Source of the DNA: an uncultured Chloroflexia bacterium
GTDB lineage: Bacteria > Chloroflexota > Anaerolineae > B4-G1 > SLSP01
DNA length: 64,000 nt
Direction: 5' to 3'
NCBI GenBank assembly: GCA_963751345.1
Contig: CAVVUS010000022.1
Span: 1 to 64,000, forward strand
The stretch's first letter is position 1; the number at the start of each line of letters is the position of its first letter. A program made the translations under genes and the position numbers. This document shows, one piece after another, positions 52,360 to 62,974 of the stretch. Under the pieces are notes generated by a model. That model did no database searches, was not told the origin of the DNA, and was given only the letters and a program-made list of their open reading frames with translations.

Positions 52360-55300
52360 ACGCTCGCCTTCTCCACAGCGTCCTCAGCCGGTTCACCCCT
52401 CTCGGGGTCAACGTCGCCGACGGGAAGGCAAACCGTGAAGGTGCTGCCGCGGCCCACCTCACTCCGCACCGTCAGCGTGCCCGCGTGCATCGCAACCAGG
52501 TGCTTGGTGATCGCCAGCCCGAGCCCCGTCCCCTCCGCGCGCCGCGTGCTTGAACCATCCACCTGGCGGAAGCGTTCGAAGAGGACCGCAAGATTCTCCT
52601 CAGAGATACCCACCCCCGTGTCGCTGATGTCGATGCAGACACGATCGGGCTGAGGATCGTACCGCGCATGCAAGTGCACCTCCCCCTCCTCGGTAAACTT
52701 GATGGCGTTGGAGACGAGATTGTTGAGGATCTGAGAGAGTCGCATAGGATCCGCCATAATCACAGGCACGTCATCATCTGCCGACACGGAGAGCGTTACG
52801 GGCTTGGGCTGTTTATGTAGCAGCCCCATACAGTGAGACTTCGCTTCCTCGAGCATGAGCAGAACGGCAACGGGAGCCTTCGTCAGGGTCATCCGACCCG
52901 CCTCGATCTTCGTCAGATCGAGCACGTCGTTGATCAGCTTGAGAAGCTGCTGGCCGTTCTCGAAGATGGCATTGACGTCCTCATCCATGTCGGGTGTCAG
53001 CTCCCCGTCGATGCCCATCAGCATCACCTCGGCGTACCCCAGGATGGAGTTGAGCGGCGTACGCAGTTCGTGGCTCATATTGGCGAGGAACTCACTCTTG
53101 AGACGATCTACCTCTCGGAGACGCTCGGCGACGGCCTGGACTTCCTCGAAATACCGCGCGTTACGCAGTGCAATGGCAATCTGTCCCGCAAGCGCGCTAA
53201 AGACGTCCACCTCGGACTCGCTGAATCGCCCGATGGTGTCGTCCTGGACGTCAAAAACGCCGACGACTTCGTCACCGACCAACATCGGGATCGCCACTTC
53301 CGAGCGCGTCTCCGGGAGCAACGGATTGGGCATAAAGGAAGGTGCTGCCCTCACGTCGTTCACGAGGACGACGTTCTTGCTCCTGGCCGCTTCCGCGACG
53401 AGGCTCGGTCGTTGATCGAGCGCGATGGCGTGGCCCCGCTCACGCATAATCCGCCCGGCATTTCCCGAGCCGACACGCATGATCAGGCGCCGGCTGCCGG
53501 GATCCAACGTGTAGACGTGCAGATGATAGAGATCGAATCGCTCCTGAACCAGCGGCACGACCGCCTCCAGCAGGGCGGTCGGATCTAGAATCGCATTGAC
53601 CTGTGTCGAGACATCCGCCGCGGTGCGCAGCTGCAGGGCGAACTGCCGCAGATCGGCCTCCGCCTTCTTGCGGTCGGTGATGTCGCGGACAATCGTCGCG
53701 ACACTGATGGGCTCGTCTTTCTCTCCCCTGACGGAGAAGAAGGTCAGGGAGGCCTCAAAGCGGGTGCCATCCAGGCGGGTTTGGGCCACCTCGCCCTGCC
53801 AGCCTCCGGCCCCGGCAGCCGGCAGCACCTGCTCGATGAGCTTCACGACCTCCTCCTCAGGCCAGAGGGCAGTGATGCTCGTGCGCACCAGCGTCGAAGG
53901 TGACGCGTCGTCGCCGAAGAGCCTCAGGCAAGCGGGATTTGCATAGATGATCTGTCCGGCGAAATCCACCATCATGATGGCGTCCACCGCGTTCTCTGCC
54001 AACGCCTGGAACCGCGCGATCTCGCGACGCGCGCGCTTCCGCTCGGTGATATCACGTGTGATCGACACAACGCCCAGGGGTTCCCCCACTGGATCCCAGA
54101 GCAGAGCAGAGCTCCGCTCGGCGTCGAAGGAGCTACCGTCCTTGCGCAGCATCGTATACTCTTCGATCCGGCCCTGTCCGGATTCCAGCGCTTGGTACAT
54201 ATTCTCTGCCAGCCTGGACCAACCGGACTTTGTGACCAACTCCATCGCGCTCCTGCCCAGCAACTCCTCGCGCGCATCATAGCCGTGAAGTCGGAGGGCA
54301 GCCTCGTTCAAGTCGGTGATCCTGCCCATCATATCGGTCACCATGATGCCCTCGGTCATCGCGTCGAAGATCGCCCGCACGGTTTGAACGGCGCTTCGCA
54401 GATTCTCCTGCATCTCGGTCTGGCGGGCAAAGAGCATCGCGCTGTAGAGTGCGTTGGCAAGTTGTCCCGATAGGGTACGAAAGACGTCGAGGTCGGCCGG
54501 CGTGAAGTATCCGAGCTGATCGGATTGCACGTCGAAAACCCCGAGCACCTGATCGCCGATGGTGATGGGAACGGCTACCTCAGATCGTGTTCGCGGGAGC
54601 AGCATGTTGGGGAGGAAATCCGGATCGGCAGAGACGTCATTGACCAACACGGGCTCGCGGGTATTCGCCGCACGCGCCACGAGACTGTGAGGGTGATGGA
54701 GTGAGATTCGGTGATTCTGCTGCACCATAATGCGGCCGATCCGACCATAGCCGGCCCGGAGGACGAGGTCATCGCCATCGACGAGATACACGTGGGCGTG
54801 GTAGAGTGCGAATCGCTCCTTGAGAAGAGGAATCACGGCGTCCAGCAGCTTATCGGGATCCAGAATCGCCCCCACCTGCTCGGAAATCTCCGCCGCGGTG
54901 CGAAGCTGGACGGTGAAGTGCTCGCGCTCCTTCTCGGCCTGTTTCCGCTCCGAGATCTCCCGGGCGAAGACGCAGTTGAACTCCTGATCGCCGTATTTCA
55001 GGTAGTTGGCCGTCACCTCCATCGGGACCAGCTTGCCCGTCTTTGCCCGATACTCCGTATCAATGGTGAAGCGCCGCTCTGCCTTGACCTTCTGCCAGTG
55101 AACCGCCCAGACGCTGGGAATCATGTTGGGGTCGAGACGCGAAATCGCAGGCAGTGACAAAAGCTCTTGCTTCGTGTATCCGAGAAGCTGACACGCCGTA
55201 TCGTTGGCGGAATAGAGGCTGCCGTCGGGCCGGATCCAAAGGATCGCAGCCGGCGCGCCGTCAACGGAGAACTGTGTCAGGCTGAGGCGCTCCACGTAGC

Positions 55301-55904
55301 GGGCGTTCTGCAGCGCGGTCGCAATCTGACCGGAAAGTGTGAAGAGGACATCCTGTATGGCCTGACTGAAAGCTCCAACTTCGTCATCCTGGACGTCGAA
55401 CACCCCCAGGACCTCGTCACCGACCACCATGGGGAGCGCAAGCTCGGACCGGGTGTCAGGAAGCAGCGGGTTGGGAAGAAAGCCCGGATTTCCGGTCACG
55501 TCGTTCACGACGACCGGCGCCCGCGTGCGAGCAGCACGCGCCACGAGGCTCTGCTCGGCGTCAAGCGAGATCTTATGTCCGCGCGCCAGCATCTGGCGAC
55601 CCGGCTCGCCATATCCGGACCGCAGCCGGAGCTCACAGCGCTCGTGGTCGAGCGTGTAGACGTGAACGTAGTAGACGCCAAACCCCTCCTTGAGCAGCGG
55701 GATCACAGTTGCGAGTAGTTGCTCGGGATCAAGGATCGCGCTGACCCGGCCCGAGATCTCCGAGGCGGTTCTCAGCAGGCTGGCCAGGGAAGGCACCGAC
55801 CCTTCAGTCGACTTCAAAGCAGCGTCGCCAGGATGAGCAGCGCCATGGAATGCACCGGACGTGACCGTTGACGAAACGGCAGGACGATGACATCTCCGTC
55901 GCAT
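52356..55904 (-). CDS. Cytoplasmic sensor histidine kinase GAF-PAS-GAF-PAS-PAS-GAF-HisKA-HATPase
   Basis: FLANMSHELRTPL, NLVSNAIKFT, DTGVGI, GTGLGL; three similar GAF repeats; no TM segment. Confidence 0.93.
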   Translation of the reverse strand: MRRRCHRPAVSSTVTSGAFHGAAHPGDAALKSTEGSVPSLASLLRTASEISGRVSAILDPEQLLATVIPLLKEGFGVYYVHVYTLDHERCELRLRSGYGEPGRQMLARGHKISLDAEQSLVARAARTRAPVVVNDVTGNPGFLPNPLLPDTRSELALPMVVGDEVLGVFDVQDDEVGAFSQAIQDVLFTLSGQIATALQNARYVERLSLTQFSVDGAPAAILWIRPDGSLYSANDTACQLLGYTKQELLSLPAISRLDPNMIPSVWAVHWQKVKAERRFTIDTEYRAKTGKLVPMEVTANYLKYGDQEFNCVFAREISERKQAEKEREHFTVQLRTAAEISEQVGAILDPDKLLDAVIPLLKERFALYHAHVYLVDGDDLVLRAGYGRIGRIMVQQNHRISLHHPHSLVARAANTREPVLVNDVSADPDFLPNMLLPRTRSEVAVPITIGDQVLGVFDVQSDQLGYFTPADLDVFRTLSGQLANALYSAMLFARQTEMQENLRSAVQTVRAIFDAMTEGIMVTDMMGRITDLNEAALRLHGYDAREELLGRSAMELVTKSGWSRLAENMYQALESGQGRIEEYTMLRKDGSSFDAERSSALLWDPVGEPLGVVSITRDITERKRARREIARFQALAENAVDAIMMVDFAGQIIYANPACLRLFGDDASPSTLVRTSITALWPEEEVVKLIEQVLPAAGAGGWQGEVAQTRLDGTRFEASLTFFSVRGEKDEPISVATIVRDITDRKKAEADLRQFALQLRTAADVSTQVNAILDPTALLEAVVPLVQERFDLYHLHVYTLDPGSRRLIMRVGSGNAGRIMRERGHAIALDQRPSLVAEAARSKNVVLVNDVRAAPSFMPNPLLPETRSEVAIPMLVGDEVVGVFDVQDDTIGRFSESEVDVFSALAGQIAIALRNARYFEEVQAVAERLREVDRLKSEFLANMSHELRTPLNSILGYAEVMLMGIDGELTPDMDEDVNAIFENGQQLLKLINDVLDLTKIEAGRMTLTKAPVAVLLMLEEAKSHCMGLLHKQPKPVTLSVSADDDVPVIMADPMRLSQILNNLVSNAIKFTEEGEVHLHARYDPQPDRVCIDISDTGVGISEENLAVLFERFRQVDGSSTRRAEGTGLGLAITKHLVAMHAGTLTVRSEVGRGSTFTVCLPVGDVDPERGEPAEDAVEKASV

Positions 55905-56048
55905 TGACTTCCTGCTCCCGAGTCATATCTCCGGCATCCTCCTGAGGGTTAGGGCAACAACAACCAGGGCTCCACTAACCGGCGCCACAACACCGCTAAC
56001 GATTCTAAAACCATCCGTGGATTTGGCAAAGCGTCCGAGGCGCCGCGG

Positions 56049-57162
56049 TCAGGGCGCCTGGAACACGAAGATGTACTCGTGCTTGAAGACATAGAAGCCC
56101 CCGGCAAGCGCACGATAGCGCCACAGCGCTTGCTGATCGCGTTTCGCCCGAGTTCTGTCCAGATTCTTGACGACGATGCTCTTGAGTGTGCACCCCTGGT
56201 CAAGCACGACCTGCATCGCCTGAAAACCCAACGGCACCCACGCGCTTCCCTGGTACTTGTCGCCAATCACCACGACGAGCACGTGCCCGGGCGCCAGCAC
56301 GTCCAGGGCACGAGCAACGACCGCGGAGAAGCGACTGAGGAAATCCTCCACCGTCGGTGCGCTGGAGAGATCCGCGCCTCCCCCGCCAAACCGGATAATA
56401 TCGTGGTAGGGAGGGTGCAGGATGACCAGGTGCGCTTTCTCGACGCTGCGCGCCGCCAGAGCAGCCTCCAGATCAAACGTGGCGCTATCGCCAACGGCAA
56501 TTTCGGTGCTGACATGGTGCGGGTTGGGCTCCTGTGCCACGACCTCGGCGGCGTGGGCTGCCACATCGGGGTTGAGTTCCACGCCGAACCCATTGCGCCC
56601 CAGACGCCGGCACTCGATAAGCGTAGTACCACTGCCCACAAAGGGATCGAGGACCCAATCGCCCGGCCGCGTGAAACGCAGCATCATCTGGTGTGGGATC
56701 TGCGGGATGAAATTGCCCCAGTACCAGGCCCCATGGGCACCGGAAGTATCCCGACGATTGACAATCCACAGACTGTCGGTCTGAATCTCGTCGTACTCCT
56801 GCCAACGATTGAGGTTGATATCGTTGAGCGCGCCGGTGCGTACCTCGTCGACGGCCCGCCGAAGACGAGCGAGGTAGTAGGTGGCTCGCCGCGCCGTGCG
56901 CGCCGCAAGGATCTGCTCCAGTTGGTCGAGCAACACGTCACGCCGGTACAACACAGAGTCAGCACTGACATCGGGCGGCGCCGACGGGTGCCAGGCCGGC
57001 GGTGCCTCGACGACAGGCGCGACCTCTACCACACGCCCAAATGCGACCACCAACTCCCGAAGAACCTGCAGCTCGGTGACCTCATCGCAGGCGTCGAACA
57101 AGCTTCTGTAGCTCGGATCTGGTGATCTGCACATAGGAGGTCTTGGGAGATCGGCTAACCAT
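56049..57162 (-). CDS. Orphan N4-C/N6-A amino-methyltransferase (start 57134, or 57162 with a frameshift)
   Basis: GNFIPQIP, VLDPFVGSGTT, catalytic HPPY, KHEYIFVF. Confidence 0.82.
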
Positions 57163-57380
57163 TCAAGTTTTATATCGCAGTTCCGGGTGGTGTCAACCAA
57201 TGTATGATGGTGGGGAGACAGGGCGCGACGTTCCGGAGAGTCAACGTTCGAACTTCTTCTCACGGAAGTGGACAGAGCACGGGGCTGCGGTACACTGGTC
57301 GGCGCAGGTCAGGCTATGCCGACGCCGCGAGGCGTGTCGCCGTCCGGCGACCCAGCGGCGGGTAGAAAGGAACAACACGT

Positions 57381-59359
57381 ATGTCCAAACGTAAGGTGGC
57401 TCCGTATGGCTCGTGGGTCTTCTCCCGTTACATCGGACCTGATCGTTTCTCAGACGATTGGGCTGGGCGGTCCCCTGCTGGATGGTGCGGACCTCTATTG
57501 GTTGGAGAGCCGCCCCACGGAGGGCGGTCGCAACGTCGTCGTCAAGTACGGACCTGACGGTGGCAATGTGGACGTGAACCCCGCGCCGTTCAACGCTCGT
57601 ACCCGGGTTCACGAGTATGGTGGCGGGGCCGTGATCGTCAAGGACGGCGCACTCATCTTCTCGAACTACGCCGATCAGCGACTCTACCGCGCGGCGCCCG
57701 GAAGTACACCTCAACCGATCACGGCGGCTGGCTCTTTGCGCTATGCCGATGGCGTTGTGGACGAGGCACACGCCGGCGACGGCGGGCGCCTGATCTGTGT
57801 GCGCGAGGATCACGGCGAAGCTGCCCTGGCGTCCAACCACGGTGACGCGGTCAACACTATCGCCGCGGTGTCGCTGGCAGACGGTTCGCAGGAGGTTCTG
57901 GTTGCCGGTAATGACTTCTATGCCTCTCCGAGGCTGAGCCCGGACGGCGCGCAGCTCGCGTGGCTCACGTGGAACCATCCCAACATGCCGTGGGATGGAT
58001 GCGAACTGTGGGTCGCGGATGTCAATGCGACCGGGAGCTTGTTCAATGCCCGCCTCATCGCCGGGGGCGTGGAGGAGTCGATCTTCGGCCCGGTATGGTC
58101 GCCCGACGGCGTCCTCACCTTTATCTCCGACCGGACAGGTTGGTGGAACCTCTACCGTTGGGAGACGTCCGCCGATGGCGACCACCAAGTACGCGCGCTG
58201 GCAGAGATGGCGGCGGAGTTCGGACGGCCCCAGTGGGTCTTTGGGATCACGACTTATGCGTATGTATCGCCGTCCCGCCTGGTCTGCAGCTACACCCAGG
58301 AGGGTATCGACAGACTGGCCTACCTGGACGTGGCGAACGGCAGCCTCACGGAGATTGCGACCCCCTACACCAGCATCGGCGGCGTAGTGGCTGATGGGCG
58401 GCGGATCGCCTTCAAGGGAGGTGCGCCTACCTTGGTCGGCGCGATTGTGGAGATCGAGATCGCGACGGGCGAGATGAGCATCCTCAAGCGTGCCGCCACG
58501 CTGAACGTGGATCGTGGCTATCTCTCAGTGCCCGAATCCTTGACGTTCCCGTCGGGCGACGACCGGGAAGCCTACGGCCTGTTCTATCCGCCGGCAAACC
58601 AGGACTTCGAGGCACCCGAGGGCGAGAAACCGCCGCTTCTCGTCATCAGCCACGGCGGCCCGACCGGAGCCACGTCCAGTTCGCTCTCCCTTGGCATCCA
58701 GTTCTGGACCAGTCGCGGCTTCGCGGTCCTCGACGTGAACTACGGCGGCAGCACGGGCTACGGGCGAGCGTACCGCAATCTGCTTCGCGGACAGTGGGGC
58801 ATCGTAGACGTAGACGACTGCGTCAACGGCGCACTCTACCTTGTGCACCAGGGCAAGGTCGATGGGGAGCGCCTGGCCATTCGCGGGGGCAGTGCCGGTG
58901 GCTACACGACACTGAGCGCTCTGACCTTCCGCCACGTTTTCCATGCCGGAGCCAGCCACTACGGGGTCAGCGACCTCGAGGCCCTGGCCCGAGACACACA
59001 CAAGTTTGAGTCCCGCTATCTCGACCGGCTTATCGGCCCCTACCCCCAGCGGCTTGACCTCTACACCGAACGATCGCCTATCCATCATCTGGAGAGACCT
59101 CGGTACTCCCCTCATCTTCTTCCAGGGTCTGGAGGATAAGGTGGTCCCGCCGGCCCAAGCTACGACGATGGTGGAGGCACTGCGGCGCAAGGGTGTCCCG
59201 GTCGCGTACCTGGCGTTCGAGGGCGAGCAGCATGGTTTCCGGCGGGCCGAGAACATCAAGCGGGCGCTCGATGCGGAGCTCTACTTCTACGGGCGGATCT
59301 TCGGCTTCACTCCGGCTGACGCAATCGATCCCGTCGAGATTGACAACCTGGAGAGTTGA
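57381..59359 (+). CDS. S9 family peptidase (acylaminoacyl/dipeptidyl aminopeptidase), 2 frameshifts
   Basis: APYGSW.SP, VHEYGGG, HGGPT, GGSAGG, QG.EDKVV, GEQHGF. Confidence 0.92.
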
Positions 59360-59440
59360 CCGAGAGGGGTTGCCGCCTAGAATACGTATCTATCGTAGAC
59401 CCGACCTCCGGCCCGCAAACAGGATAACAAGGAGCAAGCT

Positions 59441-60466
59441 TTGAGCCACAACACCGCAGCCAACCCCGCGGAGGGGAATGCCCACGGCGCCCTGGATGAC
59501 ACGATGGGCGACGTCTTGATGTTCAGCGGATCGGCACACCCCATGCTGGCCAAATCGATCGCGAGCTACTTGGGGATTCGGGTAGGCCCTACCATCATCC
59601 GCAAATTCTCCAACGACGATTTCTACATCCAGCTCGGTACCAGTGTGCGGGGCAAGCAGGTTTTCATCGTCCAGCCCCTCTGCCCCCCCTGCAGCGACAA
59701 TCTGATGGAGCTCCTGCTGATGCTGGACATCGCGCGCAGCGGTGCCGCCAAGGATGTCTGCGCCATCATTCCCTACTACTCCTATGCCCGCTCCGACAAG
59801 AAGGATGCGCCACGCATCTCCATCGCAGCGCGGCTAGTGGCCGACCTGCTCGTTACGGCAGGCGCCACGCAGATCATCACCATGACGCTGCACTCGCCCC
59901 AGGTCCACGGCTTCTTCAGCGTGCCCACCGACCACCTGACGGCGCACTCCGTCTTCGTCGAGCACCTTGGGAAAAAGGACCTCAGCAACAGCGTCGTCGT
60001 GGCGCCGGACGTAGGTCACGCCAAACGCACCGGCAAGCTCGCGCAGGCACTCGACCTGCCGATGGCGGCTGGAGAGAAGACTCGCCTGAGTGATAACACC
60101 GTCGCCATCACGGGCGTCATGGGTGATATCAATGGCAAAGACGTGATCCTGCTCGATGATGAGATCGCCACAGCGGGCACAATCACGGAGATGGTGCGTC
60201 ACATGCAGGAGAAACACAACATCCGTCGCGTCACCGTCGCCGGCACCCATGGGCTCTTCACGGGACCGGCGGTCGAGCGTCTCAACGCCATTGATGCCAT
60301 CGACGAGATCATCATCACCGACACCGTGCCCCTGCCCGATAACCGCCGCCCCGAGCGCCTCGTAATACTCTCGGTGGCCCGTATCTTCGGCGAGGTGATC
60401 CGCTGCAACGTGCAAGGCAAGTCGGTGGGATCCCTGTTCGAGTTCTGGCCAACGTCCAATCCGTGA
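59441..60466 (+). CDS. prs: Ribose-phosphate pyrophosphokinase
   Basis: PYYSYARSDKK, LHSPQ.HGFF, APDVG, LLDDEIATAGT. Confidence 0.93.
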   Translation: MSHNTAANPAEGNAHGALDDTMGDVLMFSGSAHPMLAKSIASYLGIRVGPTIIRKFSNDDFYIQLGTSVRGKQVFIVQPLCPPCSDNLMELLLMLDIARSGAAKDVCAIIPYYSYARSDKKDAPRISIAARLVADLLVTAGATQIITMTLHSPQVHGFFSVPTDHLTAHSVFVEHLGKKDLSNSVVVAPDVGHAKRTGKLAQALDLPMAAGEKTRLSDNTVAITGVMGDINGKDVILLDDEIATAGTITEMVRHMQEKHNIRRVTVAGTHGLFTGPAVERLNAIDAIDEIIITDTVPLPDNRRPERLVILSVARIFGEVIRCNVQGKSVGSLFEFWPTSNP

Positions 60467-60498
60467 GGCCGGGCGCCAGCGATCCAAGGAGGAGAGAG

Positions 60499-61050
60499 AT
60501 GACGGAGTCTCCAGATCTCAACGAGCAACCGGGCAGTGTGGGGCCTGGCGATGGCGGTTCCAACGAAGCAGGCGATCTTGACGAAGAGCACATAGGCGGG
60601 TGGCGCGCGTTCGCCACGCTGTCAGAGTTTCTTCGTGACGACGGCTGGCACCCCCAACAGCTCGACGACAAGACCATCTTTCGAGTCTACTTCTCCGGGG
60701 AGCACGGAGACGTGCGCTGCTATGCCCAGATTCGGGTCGATCTGGAGCAGTTTCTCTTCTACGTCATCGCCCCGGTGAAGGCGCCTGACGCGGTCCTCTC
60801 CGCCGTGGTGGAGTACACCACCCGCGCCAACTATGGACTGCGCATCGGCTGCTTCGAGGTCGACTACACCGATGGCGAAGTGCGCTACAGGAGCAGCCTG
60901 GACTTTGAGAACGAGACCCTGACACCGGGGCTGATCCGCAACGCGATCTACCCGGCAGTCCACACCATGGACTTCTACCTGCCGGGTCTGCTCGCCGTGA
61001 TGTATGGCAACAAGACGCCGAAAGAGGCTATCACCGAAATCGAGGGATAA
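60499..61050 (+). CDS. YbjN-domain protein
   Basis: EY.TRANYGL.IG.FE.D..DGEVRY. Confidence 0.8.
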   Translation: MTESPDLNEQPGSVGPGDGGSNEAGDLDEEHIGGWRAFATLSEFLRDDGWHPQQLDDKTIFRVYFSGEHGDVRCYAQIRVDLEQFLFYVIAPVKAPDAVLSAVVEYTTRANYGLRIGCFEVDYTDGEVRYRSSLDFENETLTPGLIRNAIYPAVHTMDFYLPGLLAVMYGNKTPKEAITEIEG

Positions 61051-61085
61051 CTCCGGCACCATCCCGTCGAAGGAGGAATGAGATC

Positions 61086-61865
61086 GTGACCCAATTCAAG
61101 ATCGCGACGTTTAACGCCAACTCCATCCGTGTGCGGCTGGACCAGATTCTTCGGTGGATGAAGGACAACGACGCGGACGTGGTCTGCGTCCAGGAGACCA
61201 AGGTTCAGGACCAGGATTTCCCCAAGGACGCGATCGAGGATGCCGGATACAGCGTCGTCTTCTCCGGGCAGAAGTCTCACGCCGGCGTGGCCACCATCAG
61301 TCGGGAGGCCCCGGCAGAGACTCAAGCCGGATTCGACGATGGGTCGGAGGCCACGCGCCTGCTCTACACGCAGATTGCCGGGCTGCACATCCTCAATTCC
61401 TACGTGCCTCAGGGGCGTGAGCCGGACAATGATGAGTTTCGGCACAAGCTAGCCTGGTTCGACCAGTTCAAGACCTGGCTCGCCGGACACTACACGCCGG
61501 ACGACCGCGTGATCTGGCTGGGCGACCTGAACGTGGCCCCGAAGGACATCGACATCTACGACCCGGCGGGCCACGTGAACCACGTCGATTTTCATCCGGA
61601 TGCCAAGGCAGCGCTGGAGCGGGTGCGTGAGTGGGGGTTCATCGACGTCTTCCGCAAATACCACCCCGACGAGCCCAACCAGTACACCTATTTCGATTAT
61701 CGAGCGAGGAACCCCATCGCGCGCAACGTCGGATGGCGCATCGACCACATCTGGGTCACGGAGCCGCTGGCCGAGACCGCGACCGGTTCCCACATCGATG
61801 TCGAGGCCCGCAAGGCCGACCGCCCGTCGGACCACACCTTCCTCGTGGCAACATTCGACCTGTAG
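61086..61865 (+). CDS. xth: Exodeoxyribonuclease III
   Basis: ATFNANSIR.R, QETK, YVPQG, GDLNVA, GWRIDH, SDH. Confidence 0.95.
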   Translation: MTQFKIATFNANSIRVRLDQILRWMKDNDADVVCVQETKVQDQDFPKDAIEDAGYSVVFSGQKSHAGVATISREAPAETQAGFDDGSEATRLLYTQIAGLHILNSYVPQGREPDNDEFRHKLAWFDQFKTWLAGHYTPDDRVIWLGDLNVAPKDIDIYDPAGHVNHVDFHPDAKAALERVREWGFIDVFRKYHPDEPNQYTYFDYRARNPIARNVGWRIDHIWVTEPLAETATGSHIDVEARKADRPSDHTFLVATFDL

Positions 61866-61911
61866 TATCCGCGCTCAGGTTTGTGGGTGCCGCTTCAGCG
61901 ATGCCGGGCGA

Positions 61912-62529
61912 TCACTGCACCCGCAGTAGATCGGCGACCCACGCGATCCCCATATGCCCGGCCCACGCCGCAACACAGGCCTTGATCGTCTTTCCGGCCC
62001 ACGTCGCCAGCATGAACCGCCACAGCGGATACCCCACGAGCCCGCCCGCCATCGCCGCGAGATCGAAGAAGGGCACGGGAAAGAGTGAGAGCACAAAGAT
62101 CGTCAGGTCGCCGTTGCGCTCCATGTAGCGCTTCAGCCTGATGTAGAGCTTGTGCTGTTCCACGGCGCCCTCCACCGCGTAGCCTGCGACATAACCCGTG
62201 ATCTCACCAAGCGCGTCGCCAAGACCTGCCGAGAGTCCCGCCAGCCACGGGTTCAGCACCGAGCCCATCGTAAAGGTGAAAGCGAGGTGCGGGATGGGAA
62301 GCAGGACCGTCGAGCTCCCGATCAGGGCCATCAGGAAAACCCCGCCATAGCCAAGGGTCCTGAACCAGCCGACGCTCAGCCGATCGTGCCAGATTACTGC
62401 CGCGACTATGACGGCGACCAGGAAGACGATGAGCCCGACTTTGACAGGAGTGCGCTGCGGAGTCCGCGGCTGCTCGCGACTGGGAGCAGAATTCGGTGCG
62501 GCAACGACCGACCGTTCCGGGCCCGTCAC
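61912..62529 (-). CDS. DedA/VTT (SNARE-associated) membrane protein
   Basis: LGY.GVFL, LP.P, G..LGE.TGY, P.PFFD..A, GK.IK. Confidence 0.82.
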   Translation of the reverse strand: MTGPERSVVAAPNSAPSREQPRTPQRTPVKVGLIVFLVAVIVAAVIWHDRLSVGWFRTLGYGGVFLMALIGSSTVLLPIPHLAFTFTMGSVLNPWLAGLSAGLGDALGEITGYVAGYAVEGAVEQHKLYIRLKRYMERNGDLTIFVLSLFPVPFFDLAAMAGGLVGYPLWRFMLATWAGKTIKACVAAWAGHMGIAWVADLLRVQ

Positions 62530-62974
62530 TCACACCGACCGTAGGCAACTGCGATTTGCGGCTGCGGGTCGTCAAGTAAGAGGAACACTCCACCGATGAT
62601 ATCACACAACCGCGCAGTGACCAGAAGCCAGATGCCTGGGAGGGCTCACCTGAGCAGGGAATCACCGCCCTGCGTGACTTCTCTCGTATCCGCTCGACGA
62701 GGGCCTCGTCCTCGAGCCCCTCACCGACGGCCGAGATGTGGGAGGCATCGAACTCCGCCTGGCCCAACGCAGCCTCTAGCGGACATGCACCGGTGCGGTA
62801 GTCGAGGATGGAACGAATGCCGTGATAGCCCATCGAATGGCCAGCGCGCCCTTGCTTTTGGCCGGTTGTGCTAGAATCTTCCTCGGTTTGTTGCCGCGCC
62901 TACCATCAACCGTATGCCAAGAATACGACAGCCGGCTCTTGCGTCCCAGATGCTGCTCTACGGAGAAGACCGAC

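Noticed and set aside
62640-62833. Possible small minus-strand protein of about 60 aa (MGYHGIRSILD..)
   Set aside because: Needs an assumed frameshift and has no RBS or recognisable motif; possibly a gene remnant
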